DNA from: Azolla caroliniana
Taxonomy: Eukaryota > Plantae > Polypodiophyta
Reading direction: 5' to 3'
NCBI GenBank assembly: GCA_043228905.1
Contig: JBHGNT010000335.1
Span: 1-33,554 of the forward strand
DNA: 33,554 nucleotides
Below are positions 1 to 11,258 of the stretch, one piece after another; position 1 is the stretch's first letter, and each line of letters begins with the position of its first letter. Under the pieces are notes generated by a model, which saw nothing but the letters and a program-made list of their open reading frames with translations, was not told the origin of the DNA and did not search any database. The position numbers were made by a program, and so were the translations under genes.

Positions 1-2
1 AT

Positions 3-2814
3 AAGTGCTATAACCCTCGGACGAAGGAAGTACGAGTTAGTCGGGATGTCGAGTTCGATGAATCGGCATCTTGGTACTCCGTACCGACTCCGACTTTCGA
101 TCCCGACCCAATGCCGGAATTTCAGGCCAGTGAGCCTGAATCAGCCCTGGCAGAGGATGATGAAGTCGGGACTCAAGATGAGAGTCTGGAATCGTTATGG
201 TTGAGTGGACCGAACGAGCGACTGAGTCGGTTGGACCAGTCGGATGAAGAGACGGCAAGTGGTGGAGACTCTGTCGTGCTCTCCCCGCGCAAGGCACCAA
301 GGAAACGGTTCACGCGCAAAGAGAAGGGGAAGAGGAAGATGCCGGAATTCGAAACCGGCAACGATGAGTCGGATCGGTGCGGATCTTCGGCAATGAAGAC
401 CGAACTGGCCAAGAAGGGCCTCAAATCAGGTGACGGTGCGTTGCGCCGATCAACCCGCCAGAAGGATCCCGTCATGCGGTACAATGAATACATGGCGCAT
501 CATTATGCGTACATGACTAAGGTGACAGAAGTGCGTGAGCCGGGGAGCTACGCAGAAGCGGCAAAGGACACAAATTGGCGTGCCGCTATGGACGAAGAAA
601 TGCGGGCACTCGATGCCAACGAAACTTGGGACCTAGTTGATCCTCCTCGTCACTGTAAACCGATCGGATGCAAGTGGGTGTACAAGGTTAAGTACAACGC
701 CAACGGTTCTGTTAACCGGTACAAAGCCCGGTTAGTGGCGAAGGGATACGCGCAGACCCACGGAATCGACTACGACGAGACCTTCGCTCCTGTGGCGAAG
801 ATGACGACGGTTCGTGTGGTACTGGCGGTTGCTGCGGCAAGGGGGTGGCATCTTCACCAGATGGATCTGAAGAACGCCTTCCTTCAAGGAGAGCTTGAAG
901 AAGAAGTCTTTATGACTCAGCCCCCCGGATTTCAATCGGAGATGAACCAATCGGCGGTCTGCCGACTGAAGAAGTCGCTTTACGGCTTGAAGCAAGCCCC
1001 CCGAGCTTGGAACGCGAAGATCACGCATCGGTTGCGTAAGCTGGGGTTTGCTGTCTCTAAGTCGGACTCTTTGTTGTTCATCCGGCAAGGCTCTGACGGT
1101 CCGGTATGTATACTCTTGTATGTGGATGATTTAGTCATCACCGGACCGGGTCTTCCCGACATTAACCGCATCAAGTCCCAGTTGTCGGACGCATTCGAAA
1201 TGAAGGACCTGGGGGACCTTCATTATTTTCTTGGGATCGAAGTGATCCGGACCCCCGACGGCATATTGCTCTCACAACGACATTACGTGTTGAATATGTT
1301 GTATAAGTTCGGCATGACGGATTGCCGACCTGTCTCGACACCCCTGGACCGAAACCAGAAGCTCCGTCCCAACTCCGGACCGGCCTGCAATGAGAAACGG
1401 TTCCGACAGGTTGTCGGAAGCCTGATCTACTTAACCATCACCTGACCCGACATCAGCTATCCGGTCGGGATGGTAAGTCAGTTCATGCAGAAGCCGACCG
1501 TGGAGCACCTTCAGTGCGCGCAACGAATATTACGGTATGTCAACAGCACTAAGGATCGGGGACTGCTATACCGGCGAGGTATAACCCGAAGAGCTTGTCG
1601 GTTACACAGATGCTGACTGGGCCGGCGATGTGTCGGATCGCCGCTCCACTTCCGGATACATGTTCTCCATAGGTAGCGCGGCCGTTGCGTGGAGCAGCAA
1701 GAAGCAGCCCACAATGGCTTTGTCAAGCACTGAGGCTGAGTACCGGGCCGCTACCGTTGCCACTTGTGAAGCCATCTGGCTTCGGCGACTGCTGCGAGAC
1801 TTGCGGATCGAGGTATCGGCCCCGATCCCGATTTACTGCGATAACATGAGCAGCCTGCAGCTCGCCAGGAACCCTGTGTTCCATGCTCGCACAAAGCACA
1901 TCGAGGTGCACTACCACTTCGTGCGTGAGCGGGTCCTGAGCGGTGAAGTTGACCTACGGTATGTTCATACGGATCGGCAAGTTGCCGACGTCTTCACCAA
2001 GCCGCTCGGATCGGACAAGTTGTAGCACTTTACCGACATGCTTGGTATTCAGCATCTCGACGTGCCGCACTTGAGGGGGAGAAGCAAGGGCAAAGTCTCT
2101 ATCGAAACGGGCAAAGGCCAAAAAACTGTTGAACCCGTCGGTAAGAGGAGAGCTAGAAGAAGAGGAGACAAGAAGATGAAGGAAGCCGAGTCGACGAAGG
2201 AAGTCGACACATCCGAACAGGTCGGAGCAAGCGGCTGTGAAGAAGAGTTGTGCACTCAGGAAGAGAAGTGCATGCTGTGCGGAGGTCATCACGACGGTAC
2301 TGACCATGATACAGAGTCGAATGAAGAATTCGATTTCGGTTCACTGGCTGAAGAAGCCGGGGGAAGCATGGAGAAGGCCAAGACTCGGAAGTGGTCCGAT
2401 GTGGTGAGAGGCCTGAAGCTGGAAGTCGAATCGGAGTGTACCGATTTGGACAAGAGCTGGAACGAGTCGGAGATAGCTGACTCGGATCAACAGATGGATC
2501 CGGATTAGTCCGATCGACTGAAGGCCAAGGGGACACGGACACAGCGGAAGTTGATGCCATCGTGGGAGAACCGACGGATCGGCAAGCGCCGGAGTCACAG
2601 CAACGTGAGTGCTGAGATGGGCCTATTGAGCAGACATGCCGACCAAGAGGGTCAAGGCGCGCAAAACCAAAGGGGTCGCGGCAAACGGGACCAGACCGGA
2701 CGAGGAGCGCGAGCAAGGCGGAGTGACGCCAGGAGAAGTCGGTTGGAAGAACCGACTACCACAGAGGTCGACACTACGACCCCACCTCAGGTTGAGCTTG
2801 AGGGGGAGTGTTGA
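3..2814 (+). pseudogene. pol: copia pol (RT-RNase H plus C-terminal extension), disrupted
   Basis: Open 3-1442, TGA at 1443-1445, +1 frameshift near 1584 (GGTATAACCCGAA vs GGTATACCCGAA in element 2), TAG at 2023-2025 and TAG at 2506-2508. ORFs 1630-2025, 2038-2508 and 2551-2814 are all in one frame, ending ..ELEGEC*. Confidence 0.9.
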
Positions 2815-3205
2815 GCGGCAAGCTCAACCGGAGCCGGATAGGCTGAATAAGCCGGAGCCGGTAAGTGAGACGGATCGGGCGAAACAGATCGGTATGACGG
2901 TGAGCAACCGAACCGGCAAGCAATGGAGGCCGGGTGCAATCCGTAATCGGAAGTCCAATCGGAAGCCTAGTATAGGATAGACTACTAGGTAGCTATAGTC
3001 TCGTAGTAAGTGTTAGATGCTCGTGTGAGCATTGAAGTACATGGTACTTCTGTCAGTCCCAAGAGGACTTGTATAAATAGTGCTACTTAGCACAGTGTGT
3101 ATACAGAGTTTTGATATAATTTTGAAATTGCATTCTGCTCTCTCTGTCTCTCTCTCTCTCTGTGTTGTTCTCTGTTTTACGCTTCCGCAAACACTTACGT
3201 TCACA
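2809..3205 (+). repeat. 3' LTR of copia element 1 (~397 bp)
   Basis: Begins TGTTGAGC immediately after the PPT, has TATAAAT at 3072-3078 and a CT-rich tract, and ends ..CGTTCACA. Homologous to 4555-4969. Confidence 0.88.
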
Positions 3206-4969
3206 GATCCAAACCCCCGACGACATATTACTCTCACAACGACATTACGTCTTGAATATGTTGTACAAGTTCGGCATGACAAAATGCCGACTTGTCTCCA
3301 CACCCTTGGACCGGAACCAGAAGCTTCGTCCCAACTCTAGACCGGCCTGCAATGAGAAACGGTTCCGACAAATCGTTGGAAGCCTTATTTATTTGACTAT
3401 CACACGACCCGACATCCGCTATCCGGTCGAAATGATAAGTCAGTTCATGCAAAAGCCGACCGTGGAGCACCTTCATTGTGTGCAAAGGATATTGCGGTAT
3501 GTTAGCGGCACGAAGGACCGGGGACTTTTATACCGGCGCGGTATACCCGAAGAGCTCGTCGGTTACACGGATGCCGACTGGGCCGGCGATGCATTAGATC
3601 GCTGATCAACCTCCGGTTACATGTTTTCCCTAGGTAGCGCGGCTGTTGCGTGGAGCAGCAAAAAGTAGCCAACAGTTGCTCTGTCGAGCACTGAGGCTGA
3701 GTATCGGGGCGCTACCATTGCCACCTGTGAAGCCATTTGGCTTCGACGACTGCTACAAGACCTACGGATCGAGGTACCGACCCCAATTCTGGTCTACTGC
3801 GACAACATAAGCAGCATGCAACTTGCCAAGAACCCCGGATTCCATGCTTGCACAAAGCACATAGAAGTGCACTATCACTTCATGTGTGAGCGTGTCCTGA
3901 GTGGTGAGGTTGAACTTCGGTATGTTCACACGGATCGGCAAGTTGCCGACATCTTCACCAAACCACTCGGATCGGACAAGTTGCAGCACTTCACCGAAAT
4001 GCTTGGTGTTCAGCATCTCGATGTGCCACACTTGAGGGGGAGAACGGGCAAAGGCAAAGAGACTACCGATTGCGCCAGTGAGGGAAGAACAGAAGGCGGC
4101 AGAGTCAAGAAGGACAAAGCCGAACGAAGGAAGAAGGCCAAGACCCGGACATGGTCTGATGTGGTAATGGGCTTGGAACCAGAAGACGAATCGGGAGCAA
4201 CCGATTCGGACAAGAGCTGGAACGAATCGGAGACAGTTGATTCGGTTCAAAAGACAGATTCGAAAGAACCGGATCAATTCAAGGCCAAGCAGACACGGAT
4301 GCAGCGGAAGTCGATTCCATCGCGGAGGAACCGACGGATCGGCAAGCGCCGGAGTCATAGCAACAAAGGAGCTGAGAGGGGCCTATTGAGCAGACATGTT
4401 GACCAAGAAGGTCGAGGAGGGTCGCGGCAAACGAGACTGAACCGGACGAGGAGCGCGAGCAAGGCGGAGCGATGCCAGGAGAAGTCGGTTGGAAGAACCG
4501 ACTGCCACAGAGACTAACACCAGGATCCAACCTCAAGTTGAGGTTGAGGGGGAGTGTTGAGCGGCAAGCTCAACTGGAGCCGGATCGGTTGAATAAGCTT
4601 GAGCCGGCAAGCGAGACGGATCAGTAAGCTGTGAGCAACAGAGCCGGCAAGCAACAGAGCCAGTGAGCTGGGGAGCCGGTTAGCCGGATCCAATCAGTAA
4701 CCAGAAGTCTAGTATTAGTGTAGACTACTAGGCAATTATAGTCTCGTAGTAAGTGTCAGATGCTTGTGTGAGCATTGAAGTACGCGGTACTTCTGTCAGT
4801 CCCACGAGGACTTGTATAAATAATGCTACTGAGCATAGTTGTATGTACAGAGTGTTTTATATATTTTTTAATATAGCTTTGAGGTTCTGCTCTCTCTGTC
4901 TCTCCTGGGTACTCTGTGTATTCCCTAATTTCTCTGTTTTTCTAACGCTTCCGCAAGTAATCGTTTACA
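3206..4969 (+). mobile_element. Ty1/copia element 2 (RT C-terminal part, RNase H, extension, PPT, 3' LTR), related subfamily, disrupted
   Basis: 3206 onward aligns to 1244 onward (GATCC..CCCCGACG..ATATT.CTCTCACAACGAC). RNase H motifs are present, with stops at 3603-3605 and 3666-3668. PPT at 4544-4554, LTR at 4555-4969. Confidence 0.93.
4555..4969 (+). repeat. 3' LTR of copia element 2 (~415 bp)
   Basis: Begins TGTTGAGCGGCAAGCTCAAC after the PPT and has TATAAAT at 4816-4822. Ends ACGCTTCCGCAAGTAATCGTTTACA, paralleling the end of the element 1 LTR. Confidence 0.85.
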
Positions 4970-5219
4970 AGTGCTATAATCCCCGAACAAAACAAGGTTG
5001 AGTGAGCCGAGATGTCGAATTTGATGAGTTGGCATCATGGTACTCTCTACCAGCTCCAACCCGATTCTAGAATATGAGGTCAATGAGTTGGAAACAATCC
5101 AGGCAATAGAAGAAGACTTCGGTACTCTAGATGAGAGTTCGATTTCATTTCAGTTGAGCGGGCCGAACGAATGACTGAGTTGGAATGACTAGTTCGATGA
5201 CGAACTGGCGAGTAGCGGC
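4970..5219 (+). mobile_element. Ty1/copia element 3 fragment (integrase C-terminal/linker region), more diverged
   Basis: Reads (YK)CYNPRTKQG*VSRDVEFDELASWY..GTLDESSISFQLSGPNE*LS, homologous to 3-265. Homology stops abruptly at the LINE. Confidence 0.85.
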
Positions 5220-7631
5220 TTTAAGAGACATGTGGGTGGGCATAAGGTGTTTAGTTTTCCATGTAATTCTTGGTTCGACGATGAATGTAAGATGTATCTC
5301 AAATGGTTTAAGTTCATAGAAGGGGGGAATGAAAAGATTGTTGCATGGCACATATACAAGAAAGTAGTGAGGTGAAAGAAAAGAAGATATTTCCAAATGC
5401 AAGAGATGAAAAAGAAAAACTTGTTTAAGCTCAAACCAAAATTAGCATGGGGACAACTCAAGGGTAAGAAAGAAGATGTGAAAGGTCACTTTACAAATTA
5501 AGAGATGCTAGACTATGTACAAAGGTTATATATGCATGAAGGTGTGGCTCCTATGGTTGAGAAAATTGAAACTCCATGCACTACATGTATCGATATTGAT
5601 GATGCCAATAAGGGAATAAAGAAGATGGCAAGTGGGAAAGTAGCAAATTCAACCTACGTCTCAAGTGAGCTTTTGGACAATGCCACACACTCATCATTGG
5701 ATAATGAAAATTTTAGAGCAAGCTATAAAACAAGGATTTCCAAATGATTGGCTTATGAATTTTATTAAACCAATATTTAAAGCCAGAGATAGGAATCAAG
5801 TATCAAATTATCGTACAATAATGGTGAGCTCAACTATTGCTAAATTATATAGCACTATTATGGAGCAAAAGATAAGCACATGGGCTAAGAGTACAAGCAA
5901 AAGAGCACTTGGGCAAGCCGGATTTAGACCAAAACACTCCACCATGGATCATTTGGTCACATTAAGAGTAATCGTGGAAGGGAGTTGACTACAAGGAAAA
6001 ACACTTTATTGTTGTTTTGTTGATTTCAAGAAAGCTTTTGATACCGTACCACGAAGTGAGCTTTGGAATAGAATGGTAGACATTGACATGCCATTAGCGT
6101 ACCGAGTTGCGGTTGCACGCCTATATGAACAAGTTGAATGCCAACTAAAAATGGATAGTGGATTCTCAAAGCACTTCTTAAGTAACATGGGGGTCAAGCA
6201 AGGATGTCCACTATCACCCACACTCTTTGGCTTATGTATTGATAAATTAGAAGAAGTGGTGAATAAGGTTGCAAGAGAAGAAGGATTGAATGACCCCAAT
6301 TTGATGCAACATGTTATCTTATTGCTTCTATATGCAGGTGATGTGGTACTCGTCTCATATGATGTTGATAGTATGCAACATTTACTTGGGGTATTAGAAG
6401 AATTTTGCCATAGTAGTGGACTAGTAGTGGATGTGGAGAAAACAAAAATGATGGCAGTGCAAACCATCCAACCTCATCATTACCCTATGCTCACATATAA
6501 AGGTGAACATATACAATTTGTTCAAAGATTTAAATATCTTGGTATTGATGTACCCGCCACAAATAAATGGAGTGCATGCTTTGATTCTAGACTCCAAGCC
6601 AATTGGAAATCATATTACCTTTTGGAGAACCAATGCAACCAAAGTGATACTTGTGGATGGGAAGTAAAACTAATGTTGTTCAATGCCATGGTAACTCAAG
6701 TATTGCTTTATGGAGTAGAAGTATGGGGTGTCACCATCTCTCTTAATGCATGGAACGAGATTGAGAAAATTCAAAAGATGTTTTTAAGGAGGCAATTAGG
6801 AGTTAAATGCACTACCTCTTACCAGGTTATGCTCTTGGAAACGGGTGTTCGACCCATAGAACTATTGGCACTCCAAAAGAGTATATAAATACATTACAAA
6901 AGTCAAGAATATGTTGAATCATCGATTACCACATCTTGCTTGGAATGGTGGATGTAAGGTATAAAAAGAATCATAAAAGTAAGATTCTCTCATCTTGTTG
7001 GATTCTTGACATAAGGAAATGGTTTAGAAGATGGGGTGTGGATGATCTTTTAGAGCTTTCGGGCAATGCTATGCAATATGTAATGATTGAGGAAAGGTTG
7101 GTGGAATCATTAAGGATGAAGTGGGAGGATGCTAAGAGGACAAAGCTAGAATACTACATTGCAAATGTCAACCCTGAATGTTGGTCTCAATATAAAGCAA
7201 GAATGTCTATTGATCGTATCCAACCTTATCTCATTACCATATGAGTAGTAATGCTCGTAGAGACCTTACACTACTTCGCACTCGATCTCACAAGTTAGGT
7301 ATTGAAGTTGCATCATGGTATCAAAATGTAACGAATTTGAAGACATATAAAGTATGCAATGAAGGCATGGTAGAGGATGAATGTCACTTGCTCTTCACAT
7401 GCTCGACATATAGTGCAATTCGTTCAAGATATGTTGACATACTAAGAGGGAGTGATAACTTAAGTGCCATACTTAAGACACCACCTAGAAGGTTGAGCTC
7501 ATATGTGTATGCTTTACTAACACATAGAGACTTTGTGCTTCAACATATATCAAGAACACATGTATACTCTGGTCCCATAGGTCAAAATTGGCCTCTTTAT
7601 GGACGATAAAAATTCTAATTCTAATTCTAAT
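5220..7631 (+). mobile_element. 5'-truncated non-LTR retrotransposon of the RTE group (RTEX-like), decayed
   Basis: Motifs WFDDEC, NYRTIMV, QAGFR..STMDH, CFVDFKKAFDTV, GVKQGCPLSPTLF, LLYAGD (mutated YADD at 6331-6342) and FKYLG. C-terminal RSHKLGIE..C..VEDECHLLFTC..Y..IR. 3' tail of (AATTCT)3 at 7611-7631. Multiple frameshifts and stops. Confidence 0.9.
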
Positions 7632-7954
7632 CCTCCCTTGTTTATGTTTCTTGTAGTTCCACTCGAGTAGCACTCCCATGCGCATGTACCTGACTATGCC
7701 CCCCCTCCTAAAGGTGTATGTCCCTTCTTAAAAGGTGTGCCACTCCCTTTGTGCACTCGTCAAAAGGTGTTGCAATTTATAGTTGGATGCCTCCTCTCAA
7801 AAGGCATGCCCCTTCTAAAAATCATGTCCCTCTCCTAGGTATGTAACCCCTTATGTTGTCTTAAGGATGACACCTTATTTTTGCCAAACTTCGACCCGAA
7901 CCCTTGACTTCCATCTTGAGAGTTAAGAAACCTTTCGAATGAGCTAGCCTACTC
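7632..7954 (-). mobile_element. candidate tRNA-derived SINE
   Basis: Minus strand reads GGCTAGCTCATTCG (A-box-like) and, ~45 nt later, GGGTTCGGGTC (B-box-like). The body has ~18-bp degenerate repeats (GGCACACCTTTTAAGAAG-like). No TSD found. Confidence 0.4.
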
Positions 7955-8149
7955 TCATTATTAATAATTTATTGCCCTTCAACATATTTTGTACTATTAA
8001 ATAGGTTTTCATATAAGAATGCATATGATGTGTGAGTGCATGTACTATGTGAGATTGCATGTGATGCATGCAATGAATGCAAGTGATGTATGATTGTCAC
8101 TTGGCCACAAATGCCACTAGCCATAATATTTCAAATTTTCTTTATATTG

Positions 8150-8965
8150 TGAAGCAATTTCTTTTCGACATCATTGAGTTTGCCTATAACAACAATACCA
8201 TAGATTTGTCAATTGGCACAACTCCATTTTTTTTCCAATTACGTGTTCCATCCACAATTTAGTGTCAATAACCCATGTGCTTTTGTAAACCCCTTAGCAA
8301 AAGAATACACTCAACTATTAAGGAAGTCCACCATGATGTAAGTGTCAAACTCTCCTAGATCAAGATAAATATAAAGATCAAGATTATCATCAACAAATCG
8401 TAGCACTTAAGTATAAGGTTGGGGGCAAGGTTTGTTGTTAGACTACAATATCACAACAACTCATTCATGCTACAAATTGGATACAAAACTATGTCCTTTT
8501 AGAATTATTGCATAAATAAACCTGGTTGCTTTCCAACTTGCCCAACCTCCACACTTCCGAATGCATTATGTTTCAACCAATGCTCTGGGAGCCTTACCGT
8601 GCATCTTCTCTTAATGAGCACCAACTCATCACACTCCCTTAAGTCGTACTTGAAGATGGGAGGAGTTTGAGGTAAAGAAGATCCTAGACTCTCAATTGAG
8701 GCATATAAAACTTCATTGTCTAGTTTCGTGGGAGGGCTATTCTCTGTTTCAAGGCATTTGGGAATTAACCAATAATCTTTGTAACGCGTGAGAGTAGTCT
8801 AGTATTTTCATCGTCATTATTCCCACAAACCATCTCCACCTAGGAGTTGGAGATAAAGGGGAGGATAATTTCACAACCAACGTGGATGATAATGATGGGT
8901 GCGATGACAAGCATTGCGGAATGATGGCGAGATTAATAAACATTGATAAGCATTACGGGGTGACA
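8150..8965 (+). mobile_element. Ty3/gypsy chromovirus remnant (integrase C-terminus, GPY/F region, chromodomain, PPT, possible LTR remnant)
   Basis: EFAYNN..SIGTTPFF at ~8176-8230. Degenerate YKVG.KV..NITTT..CYKLD.K..PFRI..IN.VAFQL..P. Chromodomain EFEVKKILDSQLR..LVSWEGY..WE..NL.NA at ~8663-8790. Purine tract at 8855-8865, then T(T)TCAC..GTGACA. Confidence 0.8.
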
Positions 8966-11258
8966 ACATTATGTCCATTGAGAAGCATTGTGGGGTGGGG
9001 GTGGTGCCTAGAATGGCTCCACCCCCCTCCCAAGGGGTTCAATGTAAGAGAGAAGGAAGAGAGACAGAAAGAGAGATGACAAGAGAGAAAGATTGAAATT
9101 TGAGAGAGAATTATTCCTTGTTCATTCATTCCCCGTAAGGGGTTAAATAGTTACAAAAGGGTAGATACCTAGGGGTGCAAGCCCCCTTGGCCATTGACAT
9201 TAATCACTCACTCACACCTCCTCGTATCTGTCCACATGCACACACGTGTGCATGTGTTCACATATGTATCTACTCACACTCACAATTACAATTATGCACA
9301 TTTACATATACACAACAACAACATTAAGTCTTTCACCCTCGTTACACTCAACTCTCTGTACATCTCGTACGGTAACATTAGTATATTATGTCATTAGTGT
9401 AATGTGAGTGGTCACAAGGTGACTTGTATGCATGTCTTCCATGGAGAGGTGGAAGGAGGCATACATTTATGGCCTAGCTTTTGCATTCTTGGGTGTATAT
9501 ATAGGGGGGTCAAATTTCCTTGTCATCAAGGAATTCAACACTAGTTATTGGATTCTATCTAGTCTCATCTTTCTCTTCATTGCTCTTTCTTCCTCTTTCC
9601 TCTCTCTCATCTCTCACTCCTTCGCTCTTCTCGTTCATTTGCTTGTTCACTTGTCTTATTTATCTCACTCTTTTTTCTCATTTGGTAATCAACATCTTGC
9701 ATATGTAATGCCAATGACTACATGTGTAGTGGTTCCAATCTTGATTTTGTAATAATCTAGCACTTGAACCTTGAACTCTACCCAACAATTTCATCTTTGA
9801 GGTCAATTCGTGAAGTCTTATTACACTTGCAATACCGATTTCCCCTATTACCTACCTCTTTTTTCAAATCACATGTAATATAACTTTGTGAAATTCTTTC
9901 TTTGTGATCCTACTTCACTTTTTAAAATTATTGTCTCAACTCTCAAAGACTTGCCAAATGTCAATGGACATCTCAATGTCTAATGTTAGCTTGAGCGATG
10001 GAGATGCCTTTTTTTGCACTTCTTTTTTTGCACATGTTCATTATGCCCTTGTGCTCCTTTTTCTACTTCTCTTTTCTTCTACTCCTTGTTTTTGGCCTAA
10101 TGTCCTCTGTCCTTTTCTCTTCCACTTGAACTTTGTAGGCATTCACCTTTGCTATACTCTGAAAGTTGTTAGTGTATCTATTGAGTCATTCCACCAAATG
10201 ATCCTCTAATTATCATCTCCAACCTATTTCAATTCTTGATTTCCTTTCCCTACACTTTCCATTGCTTTATTCCAAACCCCAAATTCAATTTGAGAATCTT
10301 TTATATCTAATCTTTTGCCTAGGCAACTTCCAAGAACATTGTCATTCCCCCTTTCCTGAAATTTAACTATAGAGGTTGGCAAGTCTCAATTAGGTGGATC
10401 TCCCCATCTTGGTATAAAATATTATTTGTATTTTAGGCGGCATAATGACATTGAAAATCCGTCTTTTGGTGCTCGATGTTATCGCACTATAAATAGTAAC
10501 GGATAAAAGTCCTATTATGCCCTTCCATATCTCTTTACCTTCATGTATTACTCCCACTTTAAAGTCTAGCAAATTTAGTTTGTGAATTCTTTTATAGTTT
10601 CGATCAGATCATCAAGTATGGCTTTAGACTTTGCACATTGTCCTCCTTTTGTTCAATAGTTGCCTCTAACAACTGATATTTTAGAACTACCTCTTTTCCC
10701 CTAGAGACTCTAGACTCTTCCTTCATTTGACTTGCTCTTCTTCTTTTTTTCTTTTTTCGTAAATAATGGCTTTCATTACAAAAGAAAAAAAACACCACCA
10801 TGACTAACTTACTACAAAGTATAGAACCCTTCTATAAAGGGATCTAAAGAATACTATGACACCAAACTCAATGCCACCCTACACACCAATTCAAATGGCG
10901 AGTATGATGATATGTGACCTTGCAGAGTTCTCTCTCTTTCTGGTTGATATTTCGTGACTTCTCTAGCACTGTCAATTGCCACAAAAGAAGTCCTTTTAAA
11001 TTTAGAACATATTTTCTCACCCCAACTTGCAAATAAAAAATGAAGGCATTCCGCATATTCCAATTGAACCATAGCCCCCATTCGACTTGCTCTTCTCTAG
11101 AGTATGTTGCATGCTACTAGAACATGACCCTAATTGGGTACCAATTCGATCTTCAACAAGGGTTGCTAGTTCCCTCCAGAAGGATATGTTTAGTGCTTCG
11201 ACAAAGAACTCTATCTTCTTGCAAGTTCCTTGACCACTTATTTAGAGTTCATTAAATC

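Larger units (their letters stand above)
1..3205 (+). mobile_element. Ty1/copia LTR retrotransposon, element 1 (3' part: integrase C-terminal region, RT, RNase H, extension, PPT, 3' LTR); 5' part lies left of the window
   Basis: Frame from position 3 reads KCYNPRTKEVRVSRDVEFDE (copia post-integrase motif). It continues into copia RT (WVYKVK, RYKARLVAKG, QMDLKNAFLQG, LYGLKQAPRAW, LLYVDD) and RNase H ([29 protein letters not shown]). PPT TTGAGGGGGAG at 2798-2808, then LTR TG..CA at 2809-3205. Confidence 0.95.

Noticed and set aside
2038-2814. env-like gene
   Set aside because: Highly charged, no hydrophobic transmembrane segment, and in frame with pol rather than a separate ORF.
37-4536. Many antisense and alternative-frame ORFs over the copia region
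   Set aside because: Shadow ORFs of GC-rich pol with no recognisable motifs.
2809-4969. A complete small LTR element (TRIM-like) bounded by the two LTRs
   Set aside because: No PBS after the first LTR, both LTRs are preceded by a PPT, the LTRs are clearly diverged, and the flanks show no TSD.
8972-9199. Possible solo LTR (TGTC..GACA)
   Set aside because: Flanking 5-mers do not match and there is no second copy in the window.
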